Assembly (NCBI GenBank): GCA_019745975.1
Contig: JAIESQ010000051.1
Coordinates: 255-64,254 of the forward strand
Source: Pirellulales bacterium
GTDB taxonomy: Bacteria; Planctomycetota; Planctomycetia; Pirellulales; JAEUIK01
Direction: 5' to 3'
Length of the DNA: 64,000 nucleotides
A program made the position numbers and the translations under genes. This document shows positions 59,201 through 64,000 of the stretch, in pieces (the first letter of the stretch is position 1; every line of letters starts with the position of its first letter). The notes beneath the pieces were generated by a model. That model was given only the letters and a program-made list of their open reading frames with translations. It was not told the origin of the DNA and did no database searches.

Positions 59201-59807
59201 TACCTTCACCGGCGAGACCGCTTCCGCTTGGCAGACGGCGCTCTTCTCAAACCCCGTGGCGGTCAAAGCCAACGCGACCTACGTGATTTCGTACTTCGCG
59301 CCCAAGGGGAATTACGCGATCACCGTCGGCGGCCTGGCCAGCACCATCGATGCCGGGCCCGTACACGCGCTGGGCTCGGGCGTTGACGGAAACAATGGCG
59401 TGTTCCGCTATGGCTCAATGGGTTTCCCCACCAGTAGCTGGAGCTCGAGCAACTATTGGGTCGACGTCGTTTATGTGAAGTCGCCAGTCGCCTCGATCAC
59501 GCCAGCCGATGGTGCTACGGGCGTTCCCCGTTCGACGAGCATCTCGATCGTGTTCAACACGGAGATGGACGCCGCGACGATCAATGCGACAAACCTGCAA
59601 TTGCGGAACTCCTCGGGCACGCTGATCCCCGCCAACGTTGTCTACAACAGCGCGACGCAAACCGTGATCATCACGCCCGTCAGTCAGTTGGCGCGATCGA
59701 CAAAGTTCACCCTGATACTCAAAGGTGGCGCCAGCGGAGTTCGAGATCGGTTCGGCAATCTGCTGCCGGCCGACATCAGTTGGTCGTTTACCAGCGGGCT
59801 TAATTGA
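53205..59807 (+). CDS. Giant secreted protein (2200 aa): N-terminal DMF-amidase-beta-like domain, five DUF4082 modules and interleaved Ig-like (SbsA-type) domains
   Basis: The N-terminus contains RRRRLRIEWLESRHMMS. The N-terminal domain reads ENLLPGTPQSQW...IDIYRMGYYGGDGARL...WQAYNSWGG...FLSVGHDEYWS. Five units follow the pattern W....P.......AVE(V/L)G(M/L)KF....G.(I/V)(T/S)G(V/M).F(Y/F)K...NTG.H.G.LW...G.LL(A/S)(T/S)VTF..E(T/S)(A/P)SGWQ...F..PV....NTTY(V/L)(I/L/V)SY(Y/F)AP.G. They sit at about 55128-55595, 55941-56406, 56751-57206, 57876-58340 and 59010-59474. Confidence 0.85.
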   Translation: MRQSWFRAHFARSSRHTVAKKFAPRRRRLRIEWLESRHMMSVNPIMAENLLPGTPQSQWDLVAQTSSEIAGYTADISYDIGQTVEFKISTAATSYRIDIYRMGYYGGDGARLVTSLFESSPSLQPGPIANPTTGLEDYGTWGVTATWTIPEAAVSGVYFANLVRTDGVSGANQMYFVVRDDNGNSDLLFKTSDATWQAYNSWGGESLYEDDGDLAAGRAFAVSYNRPFNNRTTGITNSVFYTEYPMIRWLEANGYDVSYFTDVDANRYGNLLLNHKTFLSVGHDEYWSAEERTNVEAARDAGVDLAFFGGNDVFWKVTYADAIDGTSTPYRTLISYKTSLDYTSSDPNSSIWTGTWRDPTSSPPLDGGYPENALTGTMFAVNGDGTGGYAMQVSAEEGQMRLWRNTSIAELAPGDVATLTNRTLGYEWNIDANNGFRPAGLINLSSTTMDVALMLQDAGGTYGPGKVEHSLTMYRAASGALVFSAGSIQWSWGLDGNHDWIPSVPDPRVQQATVNLFADMGVQAGSLQAGLVQTTASTDFTKPTSTITSLTNGSTVLANGAVFITGTAQDSGGGVVGGIEISVDGGQTWFEANGRRNWTYQWNPSTPGAYRILTRAADDSGNLEIPSAGITVNVVAATSQSSIWNDSTLPAITSNPDINPVELGMKFTTTAGGYLTGMRFYKGVQNIGTHVGHLWSSTGTLLATVTFANETPSGWQTALFATPVQLQANTTYVLSYYAPQGRYAVTPSYFSAGGVTNGNLRALGDGENGSNGLFFYGGSGFPTGTYSSANYWVDPIVAQASVTIAPGDGTGNVAVGSTITATFSAAMSAATINANTIQLRDGTGAVVAATVSYNATTRVATLTPTSPLSSGMTYTVAVLGQPGGIADSQGVALGRDVVSTFTTEKVTYGPEQALWSSSAVPQMIDSTDGGAVEVGLKFQANVDGFVTGVQFYKAANNTGMHTGSLWTTDGQLLSTVTFTNETASGWQYASFSSPVAVKANTTYVISYYAPFGHYSVTPSGLNSAISSGALTALASTAANPNGVFRYGKTGFPSSSYSASNYWVSPVFVGKLVDRITPVFGTTDFAADAPITISFTRAMDVASITTNSIQLYDADLNLMPATVTYSAASRTATLTPLNALGSNASYTVVVRGRGPGVKDASGNAMPEEVVSLFTAVPPSAAPQSVWTSSATPAIPDTADPGAVELGMKFNATANGYITGVRFFKSTMNTGVHVGSLWTADGTRLASVTFTGESASGWQQALFSTPVAIQANTTYVISYYAPNGRFSMDVAGLSGGVSNGALNVQGGADAGVFQYGGSAFPTSSYQASNYWVDVVFVKSPIASVSPAAGATGMSLTSAVAVAFNTDMNVSSINNSTIQLKTTAGASIAASVTYNTATRTATLTPATELAYSTQYTITVVGGANGIKDSLNNTLPVAFTSSFTTVAPPSVSSITPSAGATNVSTISAVSIVFGQAMSAATLTAANLKLQDSSGAQIAITIIYNPTTRTATLTPSATLANGTTYTVVVVGGTSGVRDALGNTLPTNVTSSFTTVPVAAASYSVWGGTPTPAIVDSGEVAALEVGMKFRVTADGFISGVSFYKAAANTGSHIGHLWSSSGTLLATVTFTGETASGWQTAQFSNPVAVQANTTYLVSYYAPRGRYSMTIGGLANTIDAGPLQALGGGVDGVNGVFRYGSSGFPTDSWSSSNYWVDVVYVKSPIASVSPISGATGVALSSAVTVTFNTDMNAASIGGSTIQLKTAAGATVPANVTYNATTRTATLTPTSTLSYSTQYTVAIVGGTSGVKDKANNTLPVAYTSNFTTISPPSIASITPSANATNVGVNSAISIVFGQVMDATTLTAANLKLQDSTGAQVAVSISYNGSTRSATLTPTTSLANSATYTVTVLGGTAGVRDASGNTLPADVSSSFTTVPVAPPFYSVWGGAVTPAMTNNGDPAAVEVGMKFRVDADGFITGMSFYKSTANTGTHVGHLWSSNGMLLATVTFTGETASAWQTALFSNPVAVKANATYVISYFAPKGNYAITVGGLASTIDAGPVHALGSGVDGNNGVFRYGSMGFPTSSWSSSNYWVDVVYVKSPVASITPADGATGVPRSTSISIVFNTEMDAATINATNLQLRNSSGTLIPANVVYNSATQTVIITPVSQLARSTKFTLILKGGASGVRDRFGNLLPADISWSFTSGLN
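57207..59474 (+). repeat. Two tandem 1134-bp coding units (Ig-Ig-DUF4082) inside the giant gene
   Basis: Unit 1 starts at GTGAAGTCGCCGATCGCGTCGGTC (57207). Unit 2 starts at GTGAAATCGCCGATCGCGTCGGTC (58341). The next domain starts at GTGAAGTCGCCAGTCGCCTCG (59475). Both units are exactly 1134 bp (378 aa). Confidence 0.9.
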
Positions 59808-60034
59808 CGGCTAGCCCGCTCTGACTGCATGCTAGCAGCGAAGTCGCACGACGGAACTATGCGAGCCTGCGTCGTCAAATCTGCTACGGCTTGCCGAAGC
59901 GGCTCAATCGGTGTCTCGAGAGAAACCGATGATGAAAAAGCACGCCTTCTCAGCACACCCCGCCACCGACGTCGGGCTGAATCCCCGCAGTCGGCCGAAC
60001 CAAAACCCACCCTCCGCACGGCTGCGCCGAAGCG

Positions 60035-61162
60035 ATGCGATTGCTCTATTTCTCACCGGTGCCGGCGGCGAGCTACGCTCAGCGGCCCCATTTCATGGCT
60101 CGCGCCTGGCTCGAACGGGGCATCGAATCGGTTTGCTGGGTTGAGCCGTATCCAAGTCGGTTGCCACATTGGCACGACATGCGCCGTAGGCCTTCGGCGA
60201 ATCAAGGCGAAGCTTTCGATTCGCGAGTGCAGGTGCTGAGGGTGCCCGCCTTGCCTGTCGAGCCTCTACCAGGCGGATCACGCTTGAACCACTGGCTGCT
60301 CTGGCGCCCGGTTTGGCGAACGCTCAGCGAATTCACCGCTGCTGGTCCGGCTGTGCTGGGCATCGGCAAACCTTGCCGGCTGGCGCTCGACGCATTGTCG
60401 CGACTACCCGCGGATTTCAGCTTCTACGACGCGATGGATGATTTCCCGGAGTTCCATCGCGGCATTTCACGGCGCAGTGTGGCCCGGCTGGAAGCCCAAA
60501 TTGCGACTGGCGTCGATCTGGTCGTGGCGTCGTCCACGGCCTTGGCCGAGAAATTCTCGAACCACGGGTGCGATGTCGAGCGCGTCTTGAACGCTTACCC
60601 CATGCGCGAAGTGCCCCCACACAAGGTGCGTCGCGACCCGCAGCCGCAGCCGATCGTGGGCTATATCGGTTGCTTGGGACCTTGGTTCGATTGGCCGCTC
60701 GTACTTGAACTTGCTGGGCAGCTTCCCGATGTGTGCTTCGAATTGATTGGCCCGTGCGCGGTTTCACCGCCACGAAGCCGTCCGGTGAACGTCCACCTGC
60801 GACCGGCTTGCGGCCGTGAAGAGGCCGTCGCACACGCCAGTCGCTTTGCCACCGGTTTGATTCCCTTTCGTCGCAACCGCCTGACCGCGGGTGTCGATCC
60901 GATCAAGTACTACGAATACCGCGCGCTGGGACTCAGCGCGCTCTCTACCCGTTTTGGTGAAATGAGCGCTCGCAGTGGCGAGCGCGGGCTGTTCTTCCTT
61001 AATCCGGGAGAGGGACACGCTCCGATAGTTCGGGCAGCGATGGAGTATCAGTCCAGTCCTGCCGAGGTCGCGACTTTCCGTCGCGAGAATTGTTGGCAAG
61101 CGCGCTTCAACGGCGCGCGGCTGTTTCGCGTGATGGAACCCCGCTCACGCCGCGCTGCCTGA
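60035..61162 (+). CDS. GT-B type glycosyltransferase (paralogous to the C-terminal module of the 48898-51432 protein)
   Basis: LIPFRRNRLTAGVDPIKYYEYRALGLSAL matches MIPFRSSKLAAAVDPIKIYEYIALGLPTV in the upstream fusion protein. The N-terminus is MRLLYFSPVPAASYAQRPHF. Confidence 0.65.
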   Translation: MRLLYFSPVPAASYAQRPHFMARAWLERGIESVCWVEPYPSRLPHWHDMRRRPSANQGEAFDSRVQVLRVPALPVEPLPGGSRLNHWLLWRPVWRTLSEFTAAGPAVLGIGKPCRLALDALSRLPADFSFYDAMDDFPEFHRGISRRSVARLEAQIATGVDLVVASSTALAEKFSNHGCDVERVLNAYPMREVPPHKVRRDPQPQPIVGYIGCLGPWFDWPLVLELAGQLPDVCFELIGPCAVSPPRSRPVNVHLRPACGREEAVAHASRFATGLIPFRRNRLTAGVDPIKYYEYRALGLSALSTRFGEMSARSGERGLFFLNPGEGHAPIVRAAMEYQSSPAEVATFRRENCWQARFNGARLFRVMEPRSRRAA

Positions 61163-61216
61163 CGACTCCGCCGCACGACTCCAGATGGCCGCGCGCCGGC
61201 GTGATCGTCCTGCCTG

Positions 61217-64000
61217 CTAGATCGCACCGACCGTCACGATCGTATTTGACACCCCGAGCGGTCGCGCAATGCCAGCCTTGGTCGCTGTCACGCGGGCGGG
61301 ATAGCGCCCAGCATCTGCAAAGGCGTGCGCGATCGTGGCGCCCGAGCTGCCGCCCACCGTATCGTCGATCGTGCCGTCGCCGTCCCAGTCGATCGCAAAG
61401 ATGAACTGGTCAGTCGACGCGTAAAACGCTGGGTTCATCGTCAGCGTAAACACGTTCGACACGAGCGGCGCAATCGAGGCGCTCGTGGTCAGCGATGGGC
61501 CGAGCGCCGTTTCAATTCGACCAATTGCCTGGTCGACGCTCACGCGCAATTGCGAAGTTCCTTGTGTCTGCACGATCCAGTAGCCCAGGTTTGAGGCGGG
61601 GTTGGCGGTCGTGTAGATCGACGCATTGGGAATCGTCACGACCTTCGAGCCGATTTGAATCGAAACGTTGCCGGTGGAACTGAGGATCGTAACACTTTGC
61701 GTGGGATCGGGCGTGAGCCGCCACACGCGCCGCCCTCCCGCATCGACGCCGCTGAGTACGTAGCCGTCACCGTAGCCAGCTCCCGTCAAAACCAACGCGG
61801 TGCGATTGGCGTATCCCATCAGGCTGTTGATTTCCTGCAGGGCGCTGCTGATCACCGTGCTGTTGGCCGGACTCACCGCCAAGGCGTAGTTCCACCAGAG
61901 GAGACCGCGCACTCCGCTGGCCGCCATCTGGAGGATTGCTTCGGTGTAGTAGGTGTAGTTGTTGCCGCTGAACTGGAAGCCAGCGGCGGCCGCGGATGTC
62001 AAATAGTCGCGGCTCGAAACCCACGGCAGTTGCGGCAAGCTCGACGAGGCAATCCCGGTGCGCAGGATGTTGACGTCGGTCACGAACGCGTTGTACGGCC
62101 GCCAGAAGCCGACAAATGCGCTGCGCGTGGCAGTCTGTCGAATGGTCAAGTCGGTATTCGCCGGTGGCAGGGCCGGGTTGCTGATCTGGAGTTGATAAGT
62201 GATTGTCAATCCGTCCGCGGAAACCGAGGCGATCTGGAAGCTGCCGGTGTAGGCCGGGGCGATCCAAATTCCGCCACGGTTCTCGACGGTCATCGAGTCA
62301 CCGACACGCAACGATGGAATCGGCTGGAAGAAACGGACCACTGCCGTGCCGAGATTAGTCGGCTGGCCATTCGAGCCAAGCGTGGGAATGTAGCTAATCG
62401 ACTTGATCGAGGCCTCGAACGGGACCGGCGGTTGAATTGTGCCGCTCGGCGTCACTGGCGCACCACTCCATCCATAGAGCGATGGAGATTGGACATTGCC
62501 CATCAGGCTTCCCACGGAATACCAACTGTCAATCCGTGCGTAGAATACATCTGTCGGAATGGTGTTCGCACGATACTGCTCGTCGTAGTTGGAAATCAGA
62601 GCATTGGGGAAAGCTGCCAGCAGCGGGGCGGTAAACGCCTGGCGCCGGTAATCTGATCCGCGCCGCTCCATGACGGCGTTCCAGATCGCGACTTGCGTCC
62701 CCTTGGTATCCCACGTCGCTATGGCCGCCGCAGTAAGGTCGCTAGCGGAGATGCCGGCCGCGATGAGCTCCGCCTTGACGGCGTTCCAGCGCGGATCGGC
62801 GGTAATGGACTCCCAGATCGTGCGCGAGGGTGTTGCACCAGGATTCACGCGTAGCTCGCGCGTAACCAGGCCGTAATAATCGAAGCCAAATTCAATGTCC
62901 ACGACGATCAGGTCGACCTGTCCTCCGATGGCTTTGAACCCGGTCCAGAAGTTCGTCATCTTCGCCGTCGCCTGAGTGACCCATTGGTCCATCCAGATGG
63001 TGTAGTAGTCGGACGTTTGCCCGTTGCCATCGAGAGCGTCGACGTAACCGGTCGTGTTGTCGAACATGCCGCTGCCGAAGCCTGGCAGTTCCAAGAAATC
63101 GGCCAGGTGAATGACGCGTTGTCCGGCAGGAAGCTGGCTCAGGTATGCCCAAGTAGCTTGCGGCGTTGGCGTGTTCGTGCGGCCGGTGGTATCGCGTTGC
63201 CACAGGACGTATTCCCCGACGACGCCGGAGTATCCGCCGGTCGGCGGGATCGTGTAGGCGTTCACGCTTTGCAGGGGATCGCTGGCCGACGACACGATCG
63301 AATCGTCGAACAGTTGCAGCAGGCCGCGGGTCGAGTATACGTCGAGGAAAGTCACGCGATTAGCGGCGAACAACGTCTGCAACTGCGACTTGGCCTGCAT
63401 CGCCATTAATGGTGTGATTCCAGACATCAGCAACGAGCCGCCGCGGGCATTGGCCAAAGCAGTCAAGATGCCGTCGGGACGCAGCGACGTGAGGTCGACG
63501 CCCCGCGCGAGCAGCGCGGCCTTAAGCGTCGCGATGGAACTGTAGCCGCTAACCAAGCCATTCTGAATCAGCGCGGTCAGGAATTCGTCGCTCGACATCG
63601 AGGTGAACACGCGATCGAACGTGAGCGTATTCACAAGGCTGGCAACCGACGAGTGATAGGTCAGGTTGTTGGCCACTAGGAAATTCAAAACTTGGGAAGC
63701 AGTAGGCCGATCGAGCTGGACGGAATCGTTGATGACCAACGCATACGGGCTCGTGACGCTCGACGTCAGCCGCACCAGGTAAGTGCCGGCCTTGGGCACT
63801 GTGAATCCGGCAATTCGCAGGCCAGTTGCCGCGGACGTGCCATCGGGCGACCACCCTGTGCCGCGGGCCAACAGCGTGACTCCGTCCGGCGCCAGCAGTT
63901 CCAAAGTCTGCCCCGACAAATCCACGCCGCGTGTTGCCACGGCGATATCAACCAACCCACCGACTTTCGAGCTGAGATCAACGCTGTACAGATCGCTATT
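61217..64000 (-). CDS. Large secreted protein of unknown function, 5'-truncated by the window edge
   Basis: The frame is open to position 64000 (upstream codons read NSDLYSVDLSSKVGG). The visible N-terminal part resembles a pre-peptidase C-terminal/PPC-like beta domain (GTYLVRLTSSVTSPYALVI). The C-terminus has a PKD-like module (FIFAIDWDGDGTIDD...GRYPARVTATKAG). No family could be assigned to the central ~600 aa. Confidence 0.6.
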   Translation of the reverse strand, partial: NSDLYSVDLSSKVGGLVDIAVATRGVDLSGQTLELLAPDGVTLLARGTGWSPDGTSAATGLRIAGFTVPKAGTYLVRLTSSVTSPYALVINDSVQLDRPTASQVLNFLVANNLTYHSSVASLVNTLTFDRVFTSMSSDEFLTALIQNGLVSGYSSIATLKAALLARGVDLTSLRPDGILTALANARGGSLLMSGITPLMAMQAKSQLQTLFAANRVTFLDVYSTRGLLQLFDDSIVSSASDPLQSVNAYTIPPTGGYSGVVGEYVLWQRDTTGRTNTPTPQATWAYLSQLPAGQRVIHLADFLELPGFGSGMFDNTTGYVDALDGNGQTSDYYTIWMDQWVTQATAKMTNFWTGFKAIGGQVDLIVVDIEFGFDYYGLVTRELRVNPGATPSRTIWESITADPRWNAVKAELIAAGISASDLTAAAIATWDTKGTQVAIWNAVMERRGSDYRRQAFTAPLLAAFPNALISNYDEQYRANTIPTDVFYARIDSWYSVGSLMGNVQSPSLYGWSGAPVTPSGTIQPPVPFEASIKSISYIPTLGSNGQPTNLGTAVVRFFQPIPSLRVGDSMTVENRGGIWIAPAYTGSFQIASVSADGLTITYQLQISNPALPPANTDLTIRQTATRSAFVGFWRPYNAFVTDVNILRTGIASSSLPQLPWVSSRDYLTSAAAAGFQFSGNNYTYYTEAILQMAASGVRGLLWWNYALAVSPANSTVISSALQEINSLMGYANRTALVLTGAGYGDGYVLSGVDAGGRRVWRLTPDPTQSVTILSSTGNVSIQIGSKVVTIPNASIYTTANPASNLGYWIVQTQGTSQLRVSVDQAIGRIETALGPSLTTSASIAPLVSNVFTLTMNPAFYASTDQFIFAIDWDGDGTIDDTVGGSSGATIAHAFADAGRYPARVTATKAGIARPLGVSNTIVTVGAI

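Overview
This is a GC-rich, densely coding chromosomal segment. Its gene content looks planctomycetal (Pirellulales-like). The signs are an ECF sigma factor translationally coupled to a Ser/Thr kinase-WD40 protein, a DUF1501 protein, a redoxin/cytochrome-c fusion protein, secreted proteins with an N-terminal RRLR..LE.R motif, an orphan Flp pilin and many glycosyltransferases. I support about 40 protein-coding genes. High-confidence housekeeping calls are ettA, topA, trpG/pabA and a cbb3-type cytochrome oxidase operon (ccoN, ccoO, ccoI). I saw no rRNA, tRNA, CRISPR array, transposase, integrase or recognisable defence genes, so I cannot point to a clear-cut new system. The observations most worth follow-up are these. 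(1) A surface/glycosylation island (48.9-64 kb) is built around a 2200-aa DUF4082/Ig-like giant protein that contains an exact-length 1134-bp tandem duplication. (2) A 1.4-kb gene-free region (10.5-11.9 kb) is packed with several unrelated short repeat families. (3) Two 129-bp MITE-like elements in inverted orientation bracket a thioredoxin-like gene that sits between an ECF sigma factor and a divergent zinc anti-sigma factor. (4) The cbb3 operon has a non-canonical composition and is stitched together by ATGA overlaps. (5) An EF-hand protein carries an extreme His-rich, acidic and poly-Pro core. (6) A G7 homopolymer breaks the kinase reading frame inside its ATP-binding loop. All domain assignments come from motif recognition by eye. 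No database search or computation was run.
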